Positions 34,701-48,929 of a stretch of DNA of 64,000 bases are shown piece by piece. A program made the position numbers and the translations under genes. Numbering within the stretch: the first letter of the stretch is position 1; each line of letters begins with the position of its first letter. The DNA is taken from positions 38,068,001 to 38,132,000 of the forward strand of contig NC_134471.1 of assembly GCF_964194025.1 (NCBI RefSeq), written 5' to 3'. The notes below the pieces were generated by a model. That model saw only the letters and a list, made by a program, of their open reading frames with translations. It searched no databases and was not told the origin of the DNA. The DNA comes from Convolutriloba macropyga (lineage: Eukaryota).

Positions 34701-35191
34701 TATTATATCAAAAAACATAGGGTAAAAAGAAAATCAAAAACCATAAAAACTATAAAACCGATGAGAAATCGTCAAACTTTTCCTTAAAGTTTTAAAATCT
34801 ATCACTCAAAACGATGAAACGTCAAAACTGTTAGTCTCAAGCACACAAGTTTGCGAAGGTTAAAAGTTCAAGAAGAATACAAAAAATGCAAGAAAATGAT
34901 AAAATATGCATAATGGAAAGGAAGAGGACGCTTGAATCTAATTGTGTAATATTTGCTTCAGATGGTCAAAAATGCTTTCAAACACACTAAACTAAAAAAA
35001 CCTGAGAAACACATTTGATTGGAAAGTTGGTTCAATCAACAAAATTTGAGTCCTCCCAACGTCCGAGCGATTAATTATTTCCACGAGATCATTAGAAAAT
35101 TGAATTCAGTGAAGAACTCTGCTGGCGTACAGTTCGTGAACCAGGCTGTGGTATTTCGGTTCTTCTGAGCTTCTTGAGAAGCCGCAACATT

Positions 35192-35207
35192 TGGTCCGCA
35201 CTCCGGA
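35192..35207 (+). promoter_or_regulatory. Putative PBS of BEL/Pao element (TGGTCCGCACTCCGGA) after LTR end ...CAACA
   Basis: GCCGCAACA|TT|TGGTCC... upstream of BEL gag. Resembles the TGGTCC...CCGG tRNA-Tyr-type PBS of many BEL elements. Confidence 0.5.
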
Positions 35208-36554
35208 CAATCGCTACAGGTTACAAACAGCAACCAATTTTCAATCCGATTAGGTGAACCGAAGCACAATCAGTAACGATGGCCAGCAAGAGCCCAGTAG
35301 ACACTGGAAGACAGTTGATTTGAGGTCGAGTGGTCAACTCAAGACTTTAAAGAGCAAGCTGAACTACTCAAAATATTCTTGAAACACCTCCTTGAACTAG
35401 CAGGCTACCTGACAGAAAACAAAATAAGGGCAACCAAGAGTGCCTATACATGCTTATTCGAGACGTACGACAACTTAGAGGACAATATACAGCAGCAGAA
35501 GTTACTATTAAAAAAAGAATTTTGAAAATTTTGACAGACACCAAGCGTATGTTGGAAGAGAAGAGTATAATTTTGAAATGGGTAGTTGACAAAGCGCCAT
35601 TTCTCCAGGAGATTGCAAGATTCTACACAGGAATTGTCGTCTGTCGGAAAAAAACTTTGCAAGTTTACAAATTAGAGAAAGTTGGTGTTTCATTTCTGAC
35701 CAAACTTTATGTAGGAAGTTGAAAGCAGAAAACTTAAGCAATTCCGAAAAACAGACATTGTGTAATCAACTGGAAGAGCTATTAGGAAAGGTGGATAAAA
35801 TTTTCGCAGAAGAAATTTGAACCAAAAAAATACAAGATTGCACTCAAAGTCTTGTGGACCTTATCGATAGTAGAAGTTAATATCGAGACCTGATCATACT
35901 GTACAGTTTCAGTAAGGATTGTAGTAACCAAACATTTCTACTGGCATCTGCGTCCGCTAGCAAAAATGATCCAAATCAGACTGTAATTGACAACAATATA
36001 GACGCTTCAAATGCAGAGTGAGAAGTTATCAATTTTTTTTTAGAAAACTGCTACTCACAGTATAGAAAAGAACTCATTGCTGCCAAGACCCGCTCGTCGA
36101 AAGAACATAAAGTTGAGCTAATGGAACTTGAAAATTTCAGGGCTGAGCAACAAGCAGAGCAACAGCTGAGAGACTGGCAAATTCAACGAGAAACTGAAGG
36201 AGAATTAATGAAGCTGCGAGTACAACAGCAAGAACCAGAAGAAGAGCTACGTCTTCGGCAGCAAGAGCAAGAGGCAAAAACGGAAGAAATAAAGCAGAGG
36301 CAGACGAAGAACAAAGACTTCTAAAGCATGATTTGACCAAAATAAAATCAAGGTCATCTGGATCAGTGGCAGATGAGATTTAAAAAGTTGGATTAAGAAG
36401 CAATCGTGTTGCCTGTGGCTTGCTAAAACTAAAGCTAATTGTGTTTTCAAGAGATCCTCTGGATTGGCCAGATTGTTCGGTTCTATCTGATGCTGCTGTA
36501 CATCAAAAACAAATCAGCCATACGGAAAAGATGCAAAGTCTTAAGACCATCTCA

Positions 36555-39500
36555 CGGGTCAAGCAAAGGCAAAAATATTGGGAATCAGGTTCAGTCCACA
36601 ATCATACTACCATGCGTGGGATTGAATCTGAGAAGTACGGCAGATCATATGCCATAGTTAGTGCTCAATTAAAAAAACATACTCATACTCCAGTTGACAC
36701 GAGAATTGTACGAGCAATGTCAAATTCTCAAATGTTCTTACAAATGTTGTGAACACTTTAACTCAATTTGGATGCAACAGAAGGAGGGCTAAATTCAACA
36801 ACGAGAAAACATTCTCCGCAACAAAGAGAACAATGGGTGCAGTTGGCGCAAGATCGTCTACTACTGACAGGCAAATTGTTTGTTTTCAAAGAGTGTCTTG
36901 CCTCCAAAACAGTAACTCATGAGAAATTGTTAGCTCAGACAAACTTATAGTTTGACAGAAATTAATTTAAAAGATACGATAAACCGAAGACTAGAATTTT
37001 CGCTTCAAATGCTAAAGATTCATGCAAACCCAAGAAACTTGAATGTCCTTCATTGACGGATAACACCCCATTTGGACTTGTAAAAACTTCAAATCGATAA
37101 AAGTTAAATGAACGACAAAAGCATGTTCAAAAATCAGACTGTTTCATTCGTTTGAGAAAAAGTCATGTGTTGAAGGACTGCAAAAGCAGGACAGGTAGTG
37201 TACTCAGCTGTGGAAGGCAACTCATCAGACTTTTTCAAAGTAACTTCTCAAATAAACAGACTGCAAAAAGTGTAAGAGATGCTACAAAGGTAGTAGCAAC
37301 TGACATCACTCGAGGAGGACTCCCAGTGGTCCGAATAACTGGCAAACAGAGATTTAATTGTAAATATTCTAGCAATGGGTGATTCGGGATACTCATAAGC
37401 TCAAGTGTAAACAAATCAGTGGTATCTAAACTTCAACTTAAAGGCCGCAAAGCGTACTCTTCAGTTACAAGGATCCATGGGTCAAGCGAAGACAAGAATA
37501 TTGGGAAAGAGGTTCAGTTCACAATCATACTATCATGCTTGGGATTTAATCTGAGAAGTACGGCAGATCATATGCCATAGTCAGAGCTCAATTAAAAAAA
37601 ATACATACTCATACTCCAGTTTGGCACGACAATTGTATGAGCATTGTCAAATTCTCAAATGTACTTACAAATGTGGTAAACACTTTAACTCAACTTGGAT
37701 GCACCAGAAGGAGGCTAAACTCAACAACGAGAAATTTTCTCCGCAACAGAGAGAACAATGGTTGCAGCTTGCGCATGATCGTCTACTACAGAGAAGCAAA
37801 TTGCTTGTTTTCAAAAAGTGTCTTGCCTCCAAAACAGTATTTCATGAAAAATTGTTAGCACAGACAAACTTGTAGTTTGACAGAAATTAATTTGAAAGAT
37901 GTGATAAACCGAAGACTAGAATTTTCGATTCAAATGATAAAGATTCATGCAAACCCAAGAAACTTGAATGTTCCTTCAAGGACGGATAACACCGTAGTCC
38001 AACTTTTGGACTTGTAAAAAGTTCAAATCGATAAAATTAAATGAACGACGAGAGCATGTCCAAAAATTCAGACTGTTTCATTTGTTTGAGAACAGGTCAT
38101 GTGTTGAAGGACCGCAAAAGCAGGACAAGTACTGTACTCAATTGTGGAAGGCAACTCAACAGACTTTTTCAATGTAATTTCTCGAATAATGAGACTAAAA
38201 AAATTGTATCAGATGCTACAAAAGTAGTAGCAAATGAAATCACTCAAGGAGGACTTCCAGTGGTCCGAATCACTGGCAAACAGAGGTTTAACTCTAAATT
38301 TACTAGCAAATGGTGATTCGGATCCTCAAGCTCAATTGTAGACAAATCAATGGTATCCAAACTTCAACTTAAAGGCCGCAAAGCGTCCTTTTCAGTTGCA
38401 TGGATCCATGGTTCACAGTGTATTGACTGAAGTAGTGCCGACAGCTTTTTCAGCTTATGAGAAGTTTTGACTAATGACAACAGTGCAATTCTATGTGAAA
38501 GAGAAACTGAAGAAGTTGGGTGACCAGATTTTGGAGCTGCAGGAGCTGATGGACCGTTATCCACATTTAAGGAACTTGCCAAACCAGAACTACAGAACAG
38601 GGTTAAGGGTTTCTTGGAACAGATTTTTACGACATCCATCACCATTTTGAATTCAAGAAATCAGAAGACAAAACTGAACCATGGGCAGTGAAATCAAAGA
38701 CTGGCTGGGCCTCAAGAGTTCCGCGACCAGCGAAGCAAGGAGCAACTCTTGCCACAATAGCAAAATCAATTGCAGATGTCAAATTAGCAAACTAGTTGGG
38801 TAAGAGGTGACTTATCAAGTCCTACGACTCAAACTTTGATGTCAACGGTCACTCAATTTATCAATCAAGGCGTTGAAGCAAAAAACGCGGTTCAATGGTG
38901 AAAAAACCAAAGTTTGATTTCTGTGGCCAGATGACGAAGTGAAAATACCGAACAACTTCTATTCTGCAATGTGACAGCTCAAGTCTTAAGAAAGACGCCT
39001 TCAGAAAAACGGAACGCTGACAAAGTGTTACCAAGGAACCATTTGAATGGACGTCAATGCTGGGTACGTTCGGAAAATTGATCAAACTGAACTGAATGAA
39101 ACCCGATACAAACTACAAATGTATTTGCAACCTCATCCTGGCAATACCCGCAAAAGCCCGAAAAGGTCACAACACTGCAACGCAGCAGCAAAACATCGAG
39201 GCTTAGTCCTTGACGACATACTTTTGTCGGGTTCAGACCTGCTGCAGAGTCTAATAGGAAATATTTTTCGCTTATGAGAACACAAAACAATTTTATCAGG
39301 CGACATAGAAAAATAACTTTTTTCAAATCGCTGTCCCAAGCAAAAATTGAAAGCTTACGAGTACGAACAACACATATTTGGGGCGAAATGTTTTACGACT
39401 TCTGCAAATTACGCTTTGCAGCAAGTGGCGAAAGTTGATGTAGTCAACAACGAAAGTCTCGTCAGAACGGTTCAGCGGAACTTCTACACAGACGATTTTC

Positions 39501-42500
39501 TTAAGACAGTCAGAACCATCAAGAAGCAGTTGAAATCTACCAGAAAATTAGAACAATTCTCACCAAAACTGGATTCATATTGACGAAATGGATAACGAGT
39601 GACGATGAAGTCAAGTCACCACTGATCGCAAAGCCAGACAGGTCAACGAAAGTTGTGAAGGATTTTGAAGCTGAATCCCAAACATCTTCGGTTCTTAGAC
39701 TGAATTGGATTGTGGACACAGATAGTTTCACTGTATGTCGCGGAATGAAGCAAAAATTTCCAAAAAAATAACTCAGAGAATTGTTCTATCATTTGTCTTA
39801 GCAGTTTTCACTTCACCTTACGGATGGGGTTTCTAATTAAAAGCATTTTGGCAGCAAAAGGGAAGACATGAGACAAAAAAATGTCAGCAGACCTCTCAAA
39901 ATTGTTCCTTGAGTGGTCTTCTGAGTTGAGAGGGATAAGAGCAATTTTATAAACAGTCTATTCGAAAATGGATATTCAAACCTTAGACTTCACATCTTCT
40001 CAGTTGCATGGGAAGAAACAATATGCATTGTGATATAAATGCAAAATAAAAAGACTGACCTATGTGATAGAGAAATTTCGCGTGGTGCTCATCAGACGTT
40101 TGACAATACCGGAGTTAGAAATTCAGGCTTCACTTTACAGAGTTCGACCAAGAAAGCAGATACTCAGCAAACATGACGTCAGAATTGACAAAATCTATCA
40201 TTGGGACAACTCATCAACGGTTTTGACGAGGCTACAAGCAGGGCACAAGAAACAACGAGCGTTCGTTGCGATCAGAGTTGAAATACTGAAAACACGTCGA
40301 TGTATGAATAGAGACACGCAAAGGTGTCGAAAATGTTGCCGTCATTCGAACCAGAAGAATGTCCATTGAAGGATTTCGGGAGTCCGTGTGGTTATGCGGG
40401 CCGGCATGTTTGGGGCGAAATGCGGGCCAACACATATTTGGGGCGAAATGTTTTACGACTTCTGCAAATTACTCTTTGCAGCAAGTGGCGAAAGTTGATG
40501 TAGTCAACAACGAAAGTCTCGTCAGAACGGTTCAGCGGAACTTCTACACAGACGATTTTCTTAAGACAGTCAGAACCATCAAGAAGCAGTTGAAATCTAC
40601 CAGAAAATTAGAACAATTCTCACTAAAACTGGATTCATATTGACGAAATGGATAACGAGTGACGATGAAGTCAAGTCACCACTGATCGCAAAGACAGACA
40701 GGTCAACGAAAGTTGTGAAGGATTTTGAAGCCGAATCCCAAACATCTTCGGTTCTTAGACTGAATTGGATTGTGGACACAGATAGTTTCACTGTATGTCG
40801 CGGAACGAAGCAAAAATTTCCAAAAAAATAACTCAGAGAATTGTTCAATCATTTGTCTTAGCAGTTTTCACTTCACCTTACGGATGGGGTTTCTAATTAA
40901 AAGCATTTTGGCAGCAAAAGGGAAGACATGAGACAAAAAAATGTCAGCAGACCTCTCAAAATTGTTCCTTGACAGGTCTTCTGAGTTGAGAGGAATAAGA
41001 GCAATTTTATAAACAGTCTATTCGAAAATGGATATTCAAACCTTAGACTTCACATCTTCTCAGTTGCATGGGAAGAAACAATATGCATTGTGATATAAAT
41101 GCAAAATAAAAAGACTGACCTATGTGATAGAGAAATTTCGCGTGGTGCTCATCAGACGTTTGACAATACCGGAGTTAGAAATTCAGGTTTCACTTTACAG
41201 AGTTCAACCAAGAAAGCAGATACTCAGCAAACATGACGTCAGAATTGACAAAATCTATCATTGGGACAACTCATCAACGGTTTTGACGAGGCTACAAGCA
41301 GGGCACAAGAAACAACGAGCGTTCGTTGCGATCAGAGTTGAAATACTGAAAACACGTCGATGTATCAATAGAGACACGCAAAGGTGTCGAAAATGTTGCC
41401 GTCATTCGAACCAGAAGAATGTCCATTGAAGGATTTCGGGAGTCCGTGTGGTTATGCGGGCCGGCATGGCTGGAAACGGATGAAGATAACTGACCAAAGC
41501 CGTGGTATCGAGAGAACGAATTCAAACACGAGAACGCTATCAAGTATCCAAACTTGAATGTCCTTCATTGACGGATAACACCCCATTTGGACTTGTAAAA
41601 ACCTCAAATCGATAAAAGTTAAATGAACGACAAAAGCATGTTCAAAAATCAGACTGTTTCATTCGTTTGAGAAAAGGTCATGTGTTGAAGGACTGCAAAA
41701 GCAGGACAGGTAGTGTACTCAGCTGTGGAAGGCAACTCATCAGACTTTTTCAAAGTAACTTCTCAAATAAACAGACTGCAAAAAGTGTATGAGATGCTAC
41801 AAAGGTATTAGCAACTGACATCACTCGAGGAGGACTCCCAGTGGTCCGAATAACTGGCAAACAGAGATTTAATTGTAAATATTCTAGCAATGGGTGATTC
41901 GGGATACTCATAAGCTCAAGTGTAAACAAATCAGTGGTATCTAAACTTCAACTTAAAGGCCGCAAAGCGTACTCTTCAGTTACAAGGATCCATGGGTCAA
42001 GCGAAGACAAGAATTTTGGGAAAGAGGTTCAGTTCACAATCATACTATCATGCTTGGGATTTAATCTGAGAAGTACGGCAGATCATATGCCATAGTCAGA
42101 GCTCAATTAAAAAAAATACATACTCATACTCCAGTTTGGCACGACAATTGTATGAGCATTGTCAAATTCTCAAATGTACTTACAAATGTGGTAAACACTT
42201 TAACTCAACTTGGATGCACCAGAAGGAGGCTAAACTCAACAACGAGAAATTTTCTCCGCAACAGAGAGAACAATGATTGCAGCTTGCGCATGATCGTCTA
42301 CTACAGAGAAGCAAATTGCTTGTTTTCAAAAAGTGTCTTGCCTCCAAAACAGTATTTCATGAAAAATTGTTAGCACAGACAAACTTGTAGTTTGACAGAA
42401 ATTAATTTGAAAGATGTGATAAACCGAAGCAAGGAGCAACTCTTGCCACAATAGCAAAATCAATTGCAGATGCCAAATTAGCAAACTAGTTGGGTAAGAG

Positions 42501-45500
42501 TTGACTTATCAAGTCCTACGACTCAAACTTTGATGTCAACGGTCACTCAATTGATCAATCAAGGCGTTGAAGCAAAAAACTCGGTTCAATGGTGAAAAAA
42601 AACAAAGTTTGATTTCTGTGGCCAGATGACGAAGTGAAATGTGACAGCTCAAGTCTTAATAAAGACGGCTTCAGAAAGACGGAACGCTGACAAAGGGTTA
42701 CAAGGAACCATTTGAATGGACGTCAATGCTTGGTACGTTCGGAAAATTGATCAAACTGAACTGAATGAAACCCGATACAAACTACAAAGGTATTTGCAAC
42801 CTCATCCTGGCAATACCCGCAAAAGACCGAAAAGGTCACAACACTGCAACTCAGCAGCAAAAAATCGAGGCTTAGTCCTTGACGACATACTTTTGTCAGG
42901 TCCAGACCTGCTGCAGAGTCTAATAGGAACTATTTTTCGCTTATGAGAACACAAAATAACTTTATCAGGCGACATAGAAAAAATACTTTTTTCAAATCGC
43001 TGTCTCAACCAAAAATTGAAAGTTTACGAGTACGAACAACACATTTTTGGGCGAAATGTTTGACGACTTGTGCAAATTACGCTTTGCAGCAAGTGGCGAA
43101 AGATGATGTAGTCAAAAACGAAAGTCTCGTCAGAACGGTTCAGCGGAACTTCTACACAGACGATTTTCTTAAGACAGTCAGAACCATCAAGAAGCAGTTG
43201 AAATCTACCAGAAAATTAGAACAATTCTCACCAAAACTGGATTCATATTGACGAAATGGATAACGAGTGACGATCAAGTCAAGTCACCACTGATCGCAAA
43301 GCCAGACAGGTCAACGAAAGTTGTAAAGGATTTTGAAGCTGAATCCCAAACATCTTCGGTTCTTAGACTGAATTGGATTGTGGACACAGATAGTTTCACT
43401 GTATGTCGCGGAATGAAGCAAAAATTTCCAAAAAAATAACTCAGAGAATTGTTCAATCATTTGTCTTAGCAGTTTTCACTTCACCTTACGGATGGGGTTT
43501 CTAATTAAAAGCATTTTGGCAGCAAAAGGGAAGACATGAGACAAAAAAATGTCAGCAGACCTCTCAAAATTGTTCCTTGACTGGTCTTCTGAGTTGAGAG
43601 GGATAAGAGCAATTTTATAAACAGTCTATTCGAAAATGGATATTCAAACCTTAGACTTCGCATCTTCTCAGTTGCATGGGAAGAAACAATATGCATTGTG
43701 ATATAAATGCAAAATAAAAAGACTGACCTTTGTGATAGAGAAATTTCGCGTGGTGCTCATCAGACGTTTGACAATACCGGAGTTAGAAATTCAGGCTGCA
43801 GTTTACAGAGTTCGACCAAGAAAGCAGATACTCAGCAAACATGACGTCAGAATTGACAAAATCTATCATTGGGACAACTCATCAACGGTTTTGACGAGGC
43901 TACAAGCAGGGCACAAGAAACAACGAGCGTTCGTTGCGAACAGAGTTGAAATACTGGAAACACTTCGATGTATCAATGGAGACACGCAAAGGTGTCGAAA
44001 ATGTTGCCGTCATTCGAACCAGAAGAATGTCCATTGAAGGACTTCGGGAGTCCGTGTGGTTATGCGGGCCGGCATGGCTGGAAACGGATGAAGATAACTG
44101 ACCAAAGCCGTGATATCGAGAGAACGAATTCAAACACGAGAACGCTATCAAGTATCCAAACTTGAATGTCCTTCATTGACGGATAACACCCCATTTGGAC
44201 TTGTAAAAACTTCAAATCGATAAAAGTTAAATGAACGACAAAAGCATGTTCAAAAATCAGACTGTTTCATTCGTTTGAGAAAAGGTCATGTGTTGAAGGA
44301 ATGCAAAAGCAGGACAGGTAGTGTACTCAGCTGTGGAAGGCAACTCATCAGACTTTTTCAAAGTAACTTCTCAAATAAACAGACTGCAAAAAGTGTATGA
44401 GATGCTACAAAGGTAGTAGCAACTGACATCACTCGAGGAGGACTCCCAGTGGTCCGAATAACTGGCAAACAGAGATTTAATTGTAAATATTCTAGCAATG
44501 GGTGATTCGGGATACTCATAAGCTCAAGTGTAAACAAATCAGTGGTATCTAAACTTCAACTTAAAGGCCGCAAAGCGTACTCTTCAGTTACAAGGATCCA
44601 TGGGTCAAGCGAAGACAAGAATATTGGGAAAGAGGTTCAGTTCACAATCATACTATCATGCTTGGGATTTAATCTGAGAAGTACGGCAGATCATATGCCA
44701 TAGTCAGAGCTCAATTAAAAAAAAATACATACTCATACTCCAGTTTGGCACGACAATTGTATGAGCATTGTCAAATTCTCAAATGTACTTACAAATGTGG
44801 TAAACACTTTAACTCAACTTGGATGCACCAGAAGGAGGCTAAACTCAACAACGAGAAATTTTCTCCGCAACAGAGAGAACAATGGTTGCAGCTTGCGCAT
44901 GATCGTCTACTACAGAGAAGCAAATTGCTTGTTTTCAAAGAGTGTCTTGCCTCCAAAACAGTAACTCATGAGAAATTGTTAGCACAGACAAACTTATAGT
45001 TTGACAGAAATTAATTTAAAAGATACGATAAACCGAAGACTAGAATTTTCGCTTCAAATGCTAAAGATTCATGCAAACCCAAGAAACTTGAATGTCCTTC
45101 ATTGACGGATAACACCCCATTTGGACTTGTAAAAACTTCAAATCGATAAAAGTTAAATGAACGACGAGAGCATGTCCAAAAATTCAGACTGTTTCATTTG
45201 TTTGAGAACAGGTCATGTGTTGAAGGACCGCAAAAGCAGGACAGGTACTGTACTCAATTGTGGAAGGCAACTCAACAGACTTTTTCAAAGTAATTTCTCG
45301 AATAATGAGACTAAAAGAATTGTATCAGATGCTACAAAATTAGTAGCAAATGAAATCACTCAAGGAGGACTTCCAGTGGTCCGAATCACTGGCAAACAGA
45401 GGTTTAACTCTAAATTTACTAGCAAATGGTGATTCGGATCCTCAAGCTCAATTGTAGACAAATCAATGGTATCCAAACTTCAACTTAAAGGCCGCAAAGC

Positions 45501-47597
45501 GTCCTTTTCAGTTGCATGGATCCATGGTTCACAGTGTATTGACTGAAGTAGTGCCGACAGCTTTTTCAGCTTATGAGAAGTTTTGACCAATGACAACAGT
45601 GCAATTCTATGTGAAAGAGAAACTGAAGAAATTGGGTGACCAGATTTTGGAGCTGCAGGAGCTGATGGACCGTTATCCACATTTAAGGAACTTGCCAAAC
45701 CAGAACTACAGAACAGGGTTAAGTGTTTCTTGGAACAGATTTTTACGACATCCATCACCATTTTGAATTCAAGAAATCAGAAGACAAAACTGAACCATGG
45801 GCAGTGAAATCGAAGACTGGCTGGGCCTTAAGAGCTCCGCGACCAGCGAAGCAAGGAGCAACTCTTGCCACAATAGCAAAATCAATTGCAGATGCCAAAT
45901 TAGCAAACTAGTTGGGTAAGAGTTGACTTATCAAGTCCTACGACTCAAACTTTGATGTCAACGGTCACTCAATTGATCAATCAAGGCGTTGAAGCAAAAA
46001 ACTCGGTTCAATGGTGAAAAAAAACAAAGTTTGATTTCTGTGGCCAGATGACGAAGTGAAATTATCGAACAACTTCTATTCTGCGATGTGACAGCTCAAG
46101 TCTTAATAAAGACGGCTTCAGAAAGACGGAACGCTGACAAAGGGTTACAAGGAACCATTTGAATGGACGTCAATGCTTGGTACGTTCGGAAAATTGATCA
46201 AACTGAACTGAATGAAACCCGATACAAACTACAAAGGTATTTGCAACCTCATCCTGGCAATACCCGCAAAAGCCCGAAAAGGTCACAACACTGCAACGCA
46301 GCAGCAAAAAATCGAAGCTTAGTCCTTGACGACATACTTTTGTCAGGTCCAGACCTGCTGCAGAGTCTAATAGGAAATATTTTTCGCTTATGAGAACACA
46401 AAATAACTTTATCAGGCGACATAGAAAAAATACTTTTTTCAAATCGCTGTCTCAACCAAAAATTGAAAGTTTACGAGTACGAACAACACATTTTTGGGGC
46501 GAAATGTTTGACGACTTGTGCAAATTACGCTTTGCAGCAAGTGGCGAAAGATGATGTAGTCAAAAACGAAAGTCTCGTCAGAACGGTTCAGCGGAACTTC
46601 TACACAGACGATTTTCTTAAGACAGTCAGAACCATCAAGAAGCAGTTGAAATCTACCAGAAAATTAGAACAATTCTCACCAAAACTGGATTCATATTGAC
46701 GAAATGGATAACGAGTGACGATGAAGTCAAGTCACCACTGATCGCAAAGCCAGACAGGTCAACGAAAGTTGTAAAGGATTTTGAAGCTGAATCCCAAACA
46801 TCTTCGGTTCTTAGACTGAATTGGATTGTGGACACAGATAGTTTCACTGTATGTCGCGGAATGAAGCAATAATTTCCAAAAAAATTACTCAGAGAATTGT
46901 TCTATCATTTGTCTCAGCAGTTTTCACTTCACCTTACGGATGGGGTTTCTAATTAAAAGCATTTTGGCAGCAAAAGGAAAGACATGAGACAAAAAATTTT
47001 CAGCAGATCTCTCAAAAATGTTCCTTGACAGGTGTGCTGAGTTGAGAGGGATAAGAGCAATTTTATAAACAGACTATTCGAAAATGGATATTCAAACATT
47101 AGACTTCACATCTTCTCAGTTGCATCGGAAGAAACAATATGCATTGTGACATAAATGCAAAATAAAAAGACTGACCTATGTGATAGAGAAATTTCGCGTG
47201 GTGCTCATCAGACGTTTGACAATACCGGAGTTAAAAATTCGGTCTGCAGTTTACAGAGTTCGACCAAGAAAGCAGATACTCAGCAAACATGACGTCAGAA
47301 TTGACAGAATCTATCATTGGACCAACTCATCAACGGTTTTGACGGGGCTACAAGCAGGGCAGAAGAAACAACGAGCGTTCGTTGCAAACAGAGTTGAAAT
47401 ACTGGAAACGCGTCGAGGTATCAATGGAGACACGCAAAGGTGTCGAAAATGTTGCCGTCATTCGAACCAGAGGAAGGTCCATTGAAGGACTTCGAGAGTC
47501 AGTGTGGTTATGCGGGCCGGCATGGCTGGAAGCGGATGAAGATAAGTGACCAAAGCCGTGGTATTGAGAGAACGAATTCAAACCCGAGCACGCTATC
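36555..47597. repeat. Tandem array of BEL gag-pol fragments: ~930-bp duplication (36555/37485), 1060-bp duplication (39367/40427), and three large units starting near 37037, 41552 and 44160
   Basis: Near-identical ORFs recur: MIEKFRVV at 40064, 41124, 43732, 47180 and MDVNA at 39047, 42716, 46163. An identical junction GCTATCAAGTATCCAAACTTGAATG occurs at about 41536 and 44144. Confidence 0.92.
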
Positions 47598-48929
47598 AAT
47601 GGTTTAGCAACAGAAACCCAATCTAAGCAACCATTTGACTGGATCCGCTCCAAGCTTCAATGGAATCAGCAATTTTTTCTCCTACTGCTTGCAGCAGAAG
47701 GGACCTCTCAATTCAAGCGAACACAACCAAGCAGGGCAAACAATGTTTCGATTTTATTAAAACGAAAGATTCCCGAATGTTAGTTCTCGAAAGATTCCCC
47801 TTAGTCGATAACAAGCAGTAAGGAATTCTCGAAAACATTGAACATCGCTAATTGTTGCCCTTCATAGAGAAAGATGGAACTATTTGAGTGAAAGGTCAAC
47901 TGAAGCATTCAAACTTTGAGTACACTGCCGAACTCCCAATATTGTTAACAGCGAAGCATCCAGTTGTTACAACTTCTGTTGGAAAAAGCACAACGCCACA
48001 ACCTACATATTGGCACAGAATTTGAGAGAAATGTTCTTCAAAAAGATTTCTCGATTGTTTTATTGAGAAATGCTTTACGAAAAACTAATTCAAGATGACG
48101 GACGTACTCCGAGAACGACTTGATCAACATTTTTCTCATTCAACCAAACTGAAGCCAACTACTTCGGAACCATCGATTTAACGTCCCTACAACGCTCCCT
48201 GAAAAGATGGTGCTGCCTCTTCACTTCTCTAACAACGAGAGCAGTGCACAACGACGCCGCACAGTTATTGGACACCGACTCATGTCTAATTGCACTAACA
48301 AGAGTTATTGCTAGACGTGGTTACCCAAGTACAATCATCACTGACAACGGTACAAATTATGTAGGCCGGGCAAGCAATCAATTGTAAACATATAATTATA
48401 ATCTTCACCTTAGTCTGCATTTATACCTCAACTTCCCAATGTGATAGTAATTTGCTGGTTGAATTTGACTTTTTACGCACAAAATGTAGCAATCTAAAAC
48501 GTTCGATTTTCATAGTGGGTGACATTCACATAGACTAAGTGGGAAAAGATTCAAAGAACTGCAATTTATTCTCATTTCTTCTCCATTTGATAAGATCACC
48601 GACAAGAGATACATGTCATTCAAGCACATTAAGTGACCAACTATTCCGGAATTCCAATTGCGAAGTAAGGGCTTTCGTGGGTAATTTAGATATTAAAGAT
48701 CACTTTGATACGTTTGTAAGAGTTCCTCGCAATTTGGTATCGCAAATGCATTCAATGAAAGACTTGTAGTTTAAGTAATACCAAATATAATCTGATTCCA
48801 TTTCTGATTCGGACATCTCAAGCAGTACAAGAAACATGTTTCTAATGCCTGCAACGGTATTTGAAATTCAGTAAAGTTTCGCAGAACTCAAGACCGAAAA
48901 TTGCTTGTAGCCTAGTTGGAATACCTGAA

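Larger units (their letters stand above)
35192..48372 (+). mobile_element. Decayed BEL/Pao LTR retrotransposon with internal tandem amplification; integrase truncated near 48372, no 3' LTR seen
   Basis: Gag LKLIVFS.DPLDW..EKMQ.LK and CFICL..GH..KD; protease DSGSS-like; RT CNAAAK..L.DILLSGPDLLQSL, FGAKC..ANYALQ, NFYTDD; RNase H LHIFS, TIPELE, W..SSTVL, FVANRV; IN PILL..KHP, RWCCLFT..TTRAVH, IARRGYPSTI.TDNGTNYVG. Confidence 0.9.

Noticed and set aside
1234-34703. 420-bp inverted repeats as TIRs of a 33-kb DNA transposon (Polinton-like)
   Set aside because: One copy is followed by a PBS and ORF1, and the other terminates a Gypsy element. No DNA polymerase B, ATPase, capsid or transposase lies between them.
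36555-47597. CRISPR-like or functional multi-gene array
   Set aside because: Units are kb-scale copies of frameshifted BEL gag-pol with no repeat-spacer structure.
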